Shown here one piece after another: positions 52,187 to 64,000 of a DNA stretch of 64,000 bases. Positions within the stretch are counted from its first letter, which is position 1. The number at the start of each line of letters is the position of its first letter. Source of the DNA: Octopus vulgaris (Eukaryota); contig OX597816.1 in assembly GCA_951406725.2 (NCBI GenBank), positions 120,466,001 to 120,530,000 on the forward strand, given 5' to 3'. A program made the translations under genes and the position numbers. The notes beneath the pieces were generated by a model. The model worked only from the letters and a program-made list of their open reading frames with translations. It did not search any database and was not told the origin of the DNA.

Positions 52187-53341
52187 TTTATCTAGCTATA
52201 TAATATCACTTTCACTCTGTTGTTAATCCTGGAGTTTACTCTTTTTAGTTCATTAACGGGTACAGACTGTCGGTTATAATTATAAATGAGAGACTGAATT
52301 TTTGCAGATCATATTTCCGAAAATCCATGATATCCGCAGAACTAAAATGATTATTAACAAAGGGAGCAGAGTAAACAAGTTGTTTAATTTACAATTTTCG
52401 TTTTCCTACAAAAACTATATCAGCAGATGTCCGTTTCATAAAAGAATAATTAAAAACACATAAACTACACCGTAGCTATATGATTTATACATTTTCTGGT
52501 GACAGAAAACGATATCATTAACTGACTTATTTTATTTTACGTTTATCCTTTCCTCTATTCCTCATCATATTTATTGACCAGTGGACTTAAATTGTGGTTT
52601 ATTCTGTATTTATTGTTTTATATTTTTTTCTATCTTGGTTTCACTCTTGAACTGCAAATGTGTTCATATGAACACATCTACTCGGTTTTGGGTATAAATT
52701 CATGCAAATATATACGATTTCTGTATCATATGTATTCTATACAGCATTTTGATTGGGTAACATCCGATTGCATTGATATAATGACATATCGTAAGTCTAT
52801 CGTTCCATATATTATATATTGTAATATAGCAACACTCATAAGTTCGAATGCCGGTAAAACAATTGTAAATTGTAAATTATATAGTAAAACAATTTGCTCA
52901 CTCTATTCTCCTTGCTAATATATATATAGGAAGGGAGAGAGATTTAGATATATAACTGTATTTACTCTGTATTCTCTTGACGATCTACTCATATGTTTAG
53001 TTCTAACAACTGATTATCAGTAACGTTTTATCTTAATGAAATCAATATATATAGATATTGTACTTGTGTGTGTATCTGTGTGTGTGTGAGTGTGTCTGCG
53101 TGTGCGTGTTAATGTGTGAGTGTGTTAGTGTGTTTGTTTGTGTGTGTGTGTGTGTGTATGTGTGTCTCTGTGTGTAGCGCATCTGTGTTAGAAGTATAGA
53201 GTCAATTATCATTGTGAGTTGGTAAACCAGATTATCTCCTTATTACTAACTCACTGAAGAGTAATATTGTCTATGGCTGACTAATGCCAGCCACACGACC
53301 TATGTATGAGAAAATATTGTTTATCAACACACATACTCACA

Positions 53342-53377
<36 letters not shown>

Positions 53378-53474
53378 TATGTATATATGTGTAAGTGCGT
53401 GTGTGTACGTGTGTGTACGTGTATGTACGTGTATATAAACTATATATATGTATATGTATATATGTATATACATA

Positions 53475-53938
53475 TACGGGCTTTCAGTTTCTGTCTACCA
53501 AATCCACTTACAAGGCTTTGGTTGGCTCGAGGCTATAGCAGAAAACACTTGCCTAAGGTGCCACGTAACGGGACTGAACCCGGAACCATGTAGTTGGGAA
53601 GCAAGCTTCTTACCACATAGCCACGCCTACACATATAGGCACAGGCGAGGCGGAGTGGATTTGGTCGACAGAAACTGAAAGAAGCCCGTCGTATACATAA
53701 ATATATATATATATGTATGTATATGTGTGAATGTGTGTGTGTGTCTGTGCTTGCCCTCCCACTATCGCTTGACAACTGATGCTGGTATGTTTGTTCCCGT
53801 AAATTAGCGGTTCAGCAAAAGCGACCGATAGAATGAGCACTAAGCTTCCAAAGAATAAGACCTGGTGTCGATTTCTTCCGCTGAAACCATTTAAGGCATA
53901 CTTCAGCATGGCCGCAGTAAAAATGACTGAAACAAGAA
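53475..53938. mobile_element. Family-2 SINE with an inverted 5' half
   Basis: Head on the minus strand (53475-53632) back-to-back with body and tail on the plus strand (53652-53938). Confidence 0.8.
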
Positions 53939-53959
53939 TATATATATATATATATATAT

Positions 53960-54013
<54 letters not shown>

Positions 54014-54484
54014 TTTCGGATTAGATATTCAGGAGAGGAGTGGTGGACAGTGATCATGACCATTGCAAACTATATATAGCTGGTGGGATTGATGCCGTGG
54101 ATGTTTAGTCTTAATTTATGAATATCAAAATCTGCAGAAAGAAAAAATAGACAGGAGGTAAGTTCCAAAGTATTGCATATCTGGGAGTGGACATGGTAAG
54201 CATGCTGTAAAGGATTTGGAAGATAAGAATGTAGTATGTTGAGACAGGTACATGAAGTAGACAGAAAAGGAAGTGGTATGCGGTTTGTTTTCTTTTAGAA
54301 AAGTAGGGTCCCTTGCAGTAGCAATGTAAGAGGCTGAGAGAGGAAACTGAGAGTGATTACGCGCCAGTGGTTGTAATGTGAACAGGAAACAACTTTTACT
54401 TACAACCACAAAGCGGTCTAGAGTTCTTCTATAAATACACCGACACTGTCTCATAAAGGGTACAGAGTAAAGATCCCCTTCCGT

Positions 54485-54760
54485 TATTAATGACGATGGG
54501 ATTGCGCCTAGAAGGTTCTCTCCCGAGGCACAAGTCCGGGCAAAGTTGTTTATGGAAGACCAGCAGTTGCCCATGCATACCAGCCTTCCATCTCCACGCC
54601 ACCTATGTTACCCAACGGAAAGACAAAAGCCGATACAGCTTGACACTTGTGACATCGCAACTTATTTCTACAGCTGAGAGAGCTGGAGCAACGTGAAATA
54701 AACGTGTCTTGCTCAAGAGCACAACACACATCCCGGTCCAGGAATCGAACTAACTACCTC
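54485..54760 (-). mobile_element. tRNA-derived SINE (family-3-type head, distinct tail)
   Basis: Reverse complement of the GTTCGATTCCTGGACCGG B box and TTGAGCAAGACAC..TTTCACGTTGCTCCAG core. Confidence 0.7.
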
Positions 54761-56021
54761 CCTTACGGATTCGACAAAGAGATCACTAAAATAAGACTTT
54801 TAAAAAATTAATTAACGGGGTTAATGTGCCTGGGTGAACCAGCATGGCTGCTATTCAATGACTGAAACAAGTAAAGAATAAAAGATAAACAGCTGCATCC
54901 CACTGACACATACACACACAGAAAACTATGCGGTAGTATTGTTTAGTTTATGAGTATGCTAGCATTAAAACGTTATTACGATTCTATTTGCTTCTTAGTA
55001 AGGTAATAGCGCTCATAGGGCTTTAAACTTTTAACATTTTAGCTTTCAGTTCTTTATAAAATCAAACTGCGCTTTCTATCTTAGATTCTGACATGACTAC
55101 TGTGATCTATTCTGTTCTTTTAACATTGGTGGTTGCATTTCATATTCACTGCAAACTACACATTCTAATCTGCTTTTAGACATATTTGTATCTCATTTTG
55201 CTGCCCGCAGAAACAGTTTCGTAGAATAATTCAACGTCACCTACCACAAAATATACATTACTCTTCATTTCCTGTTTGGCTCATTTATTCCCTGCAGTTA
55301 CATTTCATTTGATAAAATAAAGTACCAGTCAATAACTGGCGTCAATTTGTATCCTTTATAATGCATTCTAGATGTGAATGGAATTTTAATAGAAGAGGTG
55401 TCCCACACATCTCATGCACTAGAGTTATCCTGCTTCTGTTGCGAAATGAAAATCTCTTTCAACGAATCAACCAGTGTGAAGTAAATAAAGTGTAAGAATT
55501 CATTTATCATTAAAGTCATACTTCATCTTAAGGTTATTACATTAATCAAAGATAATAATTCGTTGCAATGATTGAACCCACTGATAATGCATAATTTGCC
55601 TGATTTTCTCACCATCTCAGGCTATCATTCGCAGTGAAATATTATTATACATTCATATGTACTTTTCTATGTGATTTCATTTATAATGTGATTGTTCTAA
55701 TGCAACAGCTGAAACAATAAACTGCCATGATAGAGATGTATCTAAACCAAGAGGCATATATCCGCGACTCACTTTTCATCTATCGCTTGTTTTATCCTGT
55801 GCATTGTGGACACAACTGGAGGCATTAGAATTTGAATATCCGTTCTCAACAATGAAATCCTTTTCAAATAGAACATTTTAAACATTTTATCGGGTAATCA
55901 TTCTGGAAAATTTGCATTTGCATTTTAAAAATAGAGAAAAAAATATGAAATGCTAATCACTCCCTCCAATTAACTCTTAATTATTGAAATGACTACCTTC
56001 AAGGATAGAACTCAACAATCG

Positions 56022-56067
<46 letters not shown>

Positions 56068-56924
56068 CGTGCGCGCGCGTGTGGGTGTGTCGGCGTGTTC
56101 ACATGTGTATCTTTGCGCATGCATACAAACCTGTACGTGATTTTCAATCATAATCGTGATTATAATTCTTCGATTCAGAATATAATGATTTTTCTCACTC
56201 GCCTCAAAGAACGCACCTATCTTTCTTACGAATTAGCGATACAGTCGCCTTACTCAACCGAAAGATATAACTAATATATCATATCATCGTTCCGATAAAA
56301 GGATAAAAAATTGAAGTCTGATGCTATTAGATCTCTGAGAATATGTAATATATTCACTAAAATTTAGAGTAAGGGCTTTACAAATATGTATGTGTGTTTG
56401 CGTGCGCGTGTGTGTGCATGTGTGTGTGTGTGTTTACGTATATTAGAGAGTAGATATATTAATACGGATACTGATGACGTTCACGTTCATGAAACATCAC
56501 ATTGTGATAAAGGTCAATATTTGTAGAATCTATTTTTAAATTCAAAATCCTAATGTTTCACAATTCTGTCTGATGGTTTGGTACCTGATATGTACTTGGT
56601 AAAGGAATTTTGAAGAGCTCCGAATTAATTCTATTGTCATGGTAAATTTGACCTCCATACGAGAAGCGACCAATGCTTCACACTTAGGGTCGTAGAAAAT
56701 TCCCTGTTTTGCAGTATGAAATGCATACTTTTCCTACTGTAGTTTTTTTTTGAAATCGCTTAGGTAAAACATAGTACAGATGCACAATATACATGATACC
56801 AAGTTCATATATTTACACACATACATACATGTACAGAGTCATACATATTTCTATATATCATTATAATTATAATAAGGCTTCACGGCCTTTTGGCCCAGAT
56901 AAAAGTGTATTATTATAATTATAA

Positions 56925-57110
56925 TTAAGGAGTCGAGTTGGTAGAAACGTTAGTACGCCGAGAAAAATGCTTAGCAGCATTTCGTCCGTCTTTACATTCT
57001 GAATTCAAATTCTACCGCTGTCGACTTTGCTTTTCATTCTTTCGGGGTCGATACAATAAGTACCAGTTGAACACTGGGGTCGATATAACCGATAACGACT
57101 CCCACCAAAA
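56925..57110 (+). mobile_element. Family-1 SINE
   Basis: Head plus core TTCATTCTTTCGGGGTCGATACAATAAGTACCAG. Confidence 0.8.
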
Positions 57111-57899
57111 AAAAAAATAATAAATTCAGCTTTTCTGTAGATGAAAGCATAATTATGATTATTTCTAATAATAATAATACGGCTATAATAATTAATAACG
57201 ACAGAAGCAGTACCAATAGCAAATGGTAATCTCAGTTTGCAAACTAACGTGGAGGTTGTGCTGGAACACATAACACTGCGTTATTTTTCTTGAAAGGATC
57301 TCTCATAAGGATTCGTGGTGCATAAAATCACTCTTTTTTTATATCATTGTCAGAGAGAATCGTCTGCTACGGCCGCTGGAACTGTCAGATCACGTGATTT
57401 CATCCTGCTATCGGTTTCTCAGTTACAGGTATCCAGCAGCAGGACAAGTTCTGAATCCCCCGTCAACAACATATAGAATCTCATTGTCTATTCAGGCACT
57501 GGTGCCGCAAATAGTGTGTTTATCAAAAAATAATTGATAGTGACAAAAGCAGTATTAATACCAAGATTAATGTTGATCTCAAACTTAAGGTCGAAGTTGT
57601 GTTAGAACACAGAATACTGTGTTATTTACCTTGAAAATATCTCTCATAAAGTCTCGCGGTCTATATGTTTATGTATTTGTCTTGCAAGATTCTTGATGTG
57701 AAAGCGTGTGTTGAAACAGATATTGTTATACTCGTTTTTCTAATTAAACATGCACTATTTATTTGATCTCCACTTTAGTTTTTATTCGTATTATTTTTAG
57801 CCTATATATCTGTCAAAGTTCTTTCGGCACACGTCTCGTGATCACATTAGTGACTCTCTGCCCCATGTGCTCCTCTTGTCTTTCTTATTCTACTTTGCC

Positions 57900-59280
57900 T
57901 AGAGATTTGGTAAAGGAGCAACCGAAAATGTTTCAAGAAGAAATAGAACTAGATTACTCGTGTGAATATAATGACGTTTGGCTCCGTTTCTTTTCAAGAA
58001 GAGACATGGCTTAAACTATTATGTAGTTTGTAGCGATAAACGTTCGAAAAACAAAGACGCAACAGTTGTTTTCGTTGATGCGAAATTTATTTTTGATGCA
58101 CAATTCTATCTTGAGACGCTCTACAAAGCCGATGAGGCTGCTTTGTGATGGATATGTTATAAAAAAAATCAAAACAAAACAAATACTAACAGCTGAGGAT
58201 GCAGAATCACTGACAGGTTATAGAAGTTCGAGACATTGTTTTACGGTACTAGGCTACTCTAATTCTACGTGGAACCCATAAGCTTAAGTTGCTAGTAATC
58301 GATAATAGTTTATGTCTTATAGCCGTCACAAATATGACTCATTTTGTATTGATTTACAGCACCAATGAAGCATGGATGGATTACGACTAGTATTTACACT
58401 AGAATGATCTGAAAAATATTTTGTCTGTGGAGAAAGAGCTCATCCTGACTCTTATGATAACACTTATTTTAAACATATTCTGCGCAACCAAAAACAGAAT
58501 TTCTTGTAAAAAGAAAAACGTTTCCGGTATTTACCTTAGCTACTAATTCAACTTCTGAGCAACAGTATTTCACATTCTAATAAATCTAAGCATCGTTTAT
58601 TGTTTATGAGCTACATACTAAGTATAGTTAATTCTGGCAAACCAGTACATGAGTTTCTTAAAGAATTTAATGTGCAAGACATATTTAACTGCATTCCCAA
58701 TACTCGGAAGTCTTAAACAAATGTATACCTTGTATCTAGTAAAGACAGTGGAAATTACTTTAGAGAACTTAGGAAAGCATATTATGTAAAACAACTTTCT
58801 TTTGTTCATGATGTAACTAATCTTGCTTATGAAGCTCTTACATCGAAGGTGAAGATAATATTGCCGAATGGATGAATGTAAATGACGCAGCAGCTAATAT
58901 ACTTCATCATAATGACTCGGAAATTGCGCAGATGGTTGTAAGTCGGAAAAAAGATGGCGGTGGATAAGAATGTAATAGTGAAATATCAGAAAGAATTTCT
59001 ATTCTTACGTTAATTCAGTTGTCAAATGAAGTGCGAAAAAGTATAAAGCAACACAATTCTATAACGGAATTCGAAATAATAAACGTTTAATTTCTGTAGT
59101 ATAAACTAACCAGAAAAAGACCACAGTATAGTAAAAAGCTAAATTCTTGCAACAAAGAAGTCGACATTTGAAAATCCTGTTTTATCAACGTCTGCTCATC
59201 CAGATGTGTTGCTATCATCATCACCAATTTCTGAAGATATAATAGAAAGATATTGTGACTGTTTTATCACTAACTCCTAA
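57900..59280 (+). mobile_element. pogo/Tigger transposase fossil
   Basis: Across frames: WLRFF.KRHG (CENP-B HTH), YKADEAAL*W, FTVLGYSNST.THKLKLLVI, AWM, EDNIAEWMNVND..DSEI. Confidence 0.65.
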
Positions 59281-59668
59281 CGATTCAATCCCCTATCAAC
59301 ATAGGCAGGGCGTTTGCAACTGCCTCTACTTTACGATATATAATTTTGCCAAGTAGTAAATTCCAGCTCTTCACTTTCAAACCGTCAGTGAAGAAGTTTC
59401 TTATGTCAGTCAATATAATTCATGGACCTGTACCTTTTATTTTTTCCATTTGTTTTCCATTTGTATCTCATTTTGGGATCTTTTTCCTTTTATCTATCTA
59501 CTTGTATTAATTTACACGGTATTTTAAAAATGGGATGAGGTGGTTTATTGTTGGGTAAATGAATATATGAATATGAATTACAACTACAGCTCATTCGATA
59601 ATCTTGCAACCTGCAGGTCCCAACGATACCCGATTATTTCCCTGTATGTGGGTATATATATATATATA

Positions 59669-60011
<343 letters not shown>

Positions 60012-60037
60012 CTATGCACACACATATATGTATGTAT

Positions 60038-61136
60038 CAAGCCCACCAAAAGTCACCAGCGGTGTCCCCCAGGGGACTGTCTTGGGTCCGCTACTCTTCA
60101 TAATCTACGTAAACGACCTTTCCAGTGTCGTACATTACTGCAAAGTGAAAATATTTGCTGATGACACCAAGCTCCAGCAAATCGTCAATGAAGAAGCAGA
60201 CCGAACTCAACTCCAGTCTGATATATATGCTGTGAGTCAATGGGCAGACAGAAACAAAATGCAACTGAACGAGGGAAAATTTGAGCTGATGCATTTTGGA
60301 AGAAACTCCTCACTAAAACAGCCATACTCTCTTCCTTCAGGGGAACCGCTCACAGCCTCTAACAACATCAGAGACCTAGGTGTAATTGTTGATGACGATC
60401 TCAGTTGGAGTGCACACATCAACAAGAAGGTCGATATAGCTCGTAGGATGAGTTCCTGGATCTTAAGAACTTTCCGGTCCAGAGAACAAGGTGTCATTAT
60501 ACCACTCTTCTCCTCCTTTGTACGGCCACACCTCGAATACTGCTGCCCACTGTGGTCTCCCCATACAAGACAAAACATCTCGAGGATTGAATCACCCCAG
60601 AGAGCACTCACTAAACGAATTGAAGGCATGGCTGCTCTCGATTATTGGGATCGCCTTAAAGCCTTGAAACTCTACTCTCTCCAGCGTCGCCGTGAGCGAT
60701 ACATCATTTGTACGATGTGGAGAATATACCACCAACTTTGCCCAAACGACCTGAACATAAGCTTCAAGGTTAATCCAAGACTGGGACCACGGGCCATACG
60801 TCCCCTGTCCAATTCAAGATCACAGCATACTTATACACTACAACATAATTTCTTTTCCTCAACAGGCCCTGCCCTATTTAACATTAACCCGAAAGAGATC
60901 AAAGAGGAACAGGATCCCATCAACTTTAAACGGAGTCTGGATAGATTCCTTCAAAGAATACCAGATAAGCCACCCATAATTGGATACAACTCACCCAACA
61001 AAAACTCACTACTTGAATGGACCATAAGCAAAACTTGACTTAAACAGGATTCAAATAATCCTATCAGGTGGGGCTATTAAGTTAGACATGGCCTGGACCA
61101 ATCATTGGTCGAAACACATCTAAGTTTATCTAAGTT
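60038..61136 (+). mobile_element. CR1/L2-group LINE 3' end, young
   Basis: Open frame to 61038 ([37 protein letters not shown]). 3' stem-loop GACCAA-tca-TTGGTC, tail (ATCTAAGTTT)2, putative TSD TATGTATGTAT (60027-60037 / 61137-61147). Confidence 0.92.
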
Positions 61137-61157
61137 TATGTATGTATATATATATAT

Positions 61158-61560
61158 AGGAGTGGCTGTGTGGTAAGTAGCTTGCTAACCAACCACATGG
61201 TTCCGGGTTCAGTCCCACTGCGTGGCATCTTGGGCAAGTGTCTTCTGCTATAGCCTCGGGCCGACCAAAGCCTTGTGAGTGGATTTGGTAGACGGAAACT
61301 GAAAGAAGCCTCTCGTATATATGTATATATATATGTGTGTGTGTGTATATGTTTGTGTGTCTGTGTTTGTCCCTCTAGCATTGCTTGACAACCGATGCTG
61401 GTGTGTTTACGTCCCCGTTACTTAGCGGTTCGGCAAAAGAGAACGATAGAATAAGTACTGGGCTTACAAAGAATAAGTCCCGGGGTCGATTTGCTCGACT
61501 AAAGGCGGTGCTCCAGCATGGCCGCAGTCAAATGACTGAAACAAGTAAAAAGAAAGAAAA
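61158..61560 (+). mobile_element. Family-2 SINE, full length
   Basis: Near-identical to 15470-15905. Confidence 0.92.
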
Positions 61561-61565
61561 AGATA

Positions 61566-61796
61566 TGGTATTTATATAAGCTTAAAGGTTATAGCGATTA
61601 CTGTGCAATGACTAAGGAAAATAGTCTAGTAATGGGGCATATAAACCCTCGACACAAACAAATTAGGCTTTCCCAACCGCGTGGGAAAGCCTACTTTTTT
61701 CTGTCGAGGTCTTATCATTAAAGGCCCCATTATTAGGTTATTTTCCTTAGTCATTACACGGTGATCGCTATAAGCTTTAAGCTTACATAAATACCG
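61566..61796. repeat. Long fold-back hairpin
   Basis: 73-bp arms 61566-61638 / 61724-61796 and an inner perfect 12-bp stem TAGGCTTTCCCA/TGGGAAAGCCTA. Confidence 0.92.
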
Positions 61797-61899
61797 TTAT
61801 TATTATTTACAGAATTGAAAACTCGGCGCTGTATAACAAAACCATCCGTACCGAAAGCATACACACATACACACGTTCCGTGGACCGTGCATCTGCTCT

Positions 61900-63295
61900 C
61901 TCCCTCCGCACCCGCCCCACTGTCACTCGTTTCCCGTTTCCCCTTACCTACCACCCCTCCACCCTACCTCTCCAACGCACAAGTCTCCAAGCCTCCCGGC
62001 GACTTCTACTTCGCACATCTTCCCTAACCTACTACCCCCTTCCTTCGAACGAGCCCACAACCTATGTGACCTCCTGGTCCACAGTTTCTTCTCTAACCCA
62101 ACCTTCCAACCCGGCTCGTTCCCCTGCTCACGCCCACGTTGCTGCGCTTGCTCGTACCTCTCCAACACCACTATCCTCACAGGCACCCATCATCGACCCT
62201 ACCATATCTCTGACTCCTTCACCTGCACTTCTAGCAACTTCATCTACTGCATCTCCTGCTCTCTCTGTTCTTCTTTATACATCGGTAAAGCGGGACGCCG
62301 CTTGGCTGACCGGTTCGTGGAACACCTCCGAGACATCAGACTCGGCAACGACACCCCAGTCTGGCGCCATTTCCGCTCTACTGGTCATTCTTTACAACAC
62401 CTGTCTGTGTTTAGATTGTCCTCGCACAGGGGCCATCCGGACTCCTATCTTCGCCGTGAACAGAAATTAATCTTCTCTCTTCGCTCCTTTGCACCACATG
62501 GGCTCAACTCTCCTCCCCTCTTCATCGAACCCCCTCCTCTCTTCCACTGACACCTACTTTTTCCCTTCACTCCCCTCTCCTCTCCTCTCTTGCTCTGACA
62601 CCTACTTCCTCTCTTCACTCCTACCCACCTTCTCCCTTCCACCCTCTCCCTTCATCGTCAGCCCTACATCGTTACCCCTCTCCTACACATTCCAATCCCA
62701 CTATCTCAATGCATCCCATTCCACCCCCACCTCATCCATACATTTCACTCGTACATACCTCACCCCTACAATCACACCCCAATCCCACATACCCCACCCT
62801 TGCTCTCCCCACCCTCACCTCCCCCACCCAAACACCACCACACCAAACACCACTATACCACACTACACCACACCACATCACACCACTCCGCACACACAAG
62901 CACTGACCACATCCCAGCACCCACACCAATATCCACACACCTACGCATGCGCATACGCACACGTCAAGGTCACCAGCCCTTATCCTCACGCACATACACA
63001 TTCTCACATACGCACACACGCGCACCTTTGTTTTGGGATGATCACCCCTACTTTATTGTCTACCCTTCTCCTAGTTCTCCTGCCTGACCACCTCTGTCCG
63101 GCATTCGCCATAATTGATCACTAGCCACTAAACCTTTTTTCTCTCTCTCTCTGTTTACTTTTGTGTTCTGTTGAAGAGCATTGGCTCGAAACGTAAAAGA
63201 CCTTCTCACTTCTCGAGCGTTAAACTAATACATCTGCTTGTTGTTTACACACCCGTCTTCGTCTTTTGTTTTGTGTTTTGTTGTAAATTCCAACT
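61900..63295 (+). mobile_element. Penelope-like element 3' end (Neptune-like) with GIY-YIG domain and hammerhead-like motif
   Basis: FPLTYHP, GSFPCSRPRCCAC, FTCTSSNFIYCISCSLC..LYIGKAGRRLADRFVEH..RRE..I..L...PHGLN. C-rich 3' UTR. CTGTTGAA GAGC-attg-GCTC GAAACGTA at 63168-63195. Confidence 0.88.
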
Positions 63296-63306
63296 ATATA
63301 TGTATG

Positions 63307-63356
<50 letters not shown>

Positions 63357-64000
63357 GAATGAGGGAGAGAGAGAAAGAGTATGGTAACAAATACATGCAA
63401 CAATACAACTGGATATGTGCTCATACACACACACTGACACACACAAATACACACACAAACACACGCACACACACACAAAGACTCACAGAAATATATATGT
63501 CTACAAGTCCTAATGCGTAGTAAGGTAACAGGATAATACCGTTAGTAGGGAAGGTTAGGAAAGACAATAAAAGAAAATAACGGAATTAAAACTGAATAAA
63601 ATTAAATAAATTAATGACAGTAAAATATAGTTAAATACCAGAAGATATAAGGAGGCTTAATTTTCTATACTTTTCTATAAAAGGAAGTTTAATTTTCTAT
63701 ATGCGTGTACATAATATGTGCGTGAATGTACGTAGCGATATCTGTGCAGTGGTGGGTCCTAGTATGTCTCCAACATAGCTGTGCGTCAAATATAATCAAC
63801 AAAAGCAGTACGAGATAGAAAGAAGTAATGGCGGCAATCTGACTCGTTCACTCTCTCTTTCTCTTTTTGTCTGTCTGTCTCTCTTTTTCTCCCTCCCCAC
63901 ACACATACACAAAGAGAAAGAGACAGTGTGGGAGAGAGGACGAAAGTATCTGAAGAAGGTATTCAAAATTGAACATCAAGCTAGAAAGAGAAGCAAGAGG

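Noticed and set aside
57195-57665. Diverged ~130-bp direct repeat translating VEVVLEH
   Set aside because: It resembles decayed Dong-type 3' ends (VPI..G, EH...AL) rather than duplicated host exons.
59605-59650. Possible 27-nt micro-exon (CTGCAG|...|GTATGT)
   Set aside because: Weak polypyrimidine tract, and such a pattern is expected by chance in 64 kb.
61090-61116. CCTG-GACCAA/TTGGTC-GAAAC as a hammerhead
   Set aside because: It lacks CUGANGA and is better explained as the LINE 3' recognition stem-loop.
62489-63124. 211-aa P/H/T-rich ORF
   Set aside because: It is the low-complexity C-rich 3' UTR of the Penelope-like element.

Overview
AT-rich eukaryotic (animal) intergenic or intronic DNA. 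The repeat repertoire (tRNA-derived SINE families, dense (TA)n/(CA)n/(AAT)n/(TCTA)n microsatellites) suggests an octopus/coleoid cephalopod genome; this is an inference from recognition, not a database hit. I found no convincing host protein-coding gene, rRNA, true tRNA or CRISPR array, and most listed ORFs are microsatellite read-throughs. The window is a transposon graveyard. It holds many R4/Dong-type RLE-endonuclease LINEs sitting in (AAT)n tracts (one with a 566-aa open RT frame), several mariner/Tc1/pogo fossils, a Tx1/L1 fragment, a young CR1-type LINE 3' end, a Gypsy (Mag-like) LTR with a tRNA-Ser PBS, a piggyBac-like MITE, three or more SINE families and several Penelope-like (GIY-YIG) retroelement fragments. 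The most unusual signal is a set of about eight non-coding fold-back insertions, most of them hairpin plus a one-sided tail. Two carry hammerhead-ribozyme-like motifs sharing the stem-III sequence GAAACTCAGAGT, and two others are homologous to each other and have 9- and 12-bp target-site duplications. Coordinates of degenerate elements are approximate.
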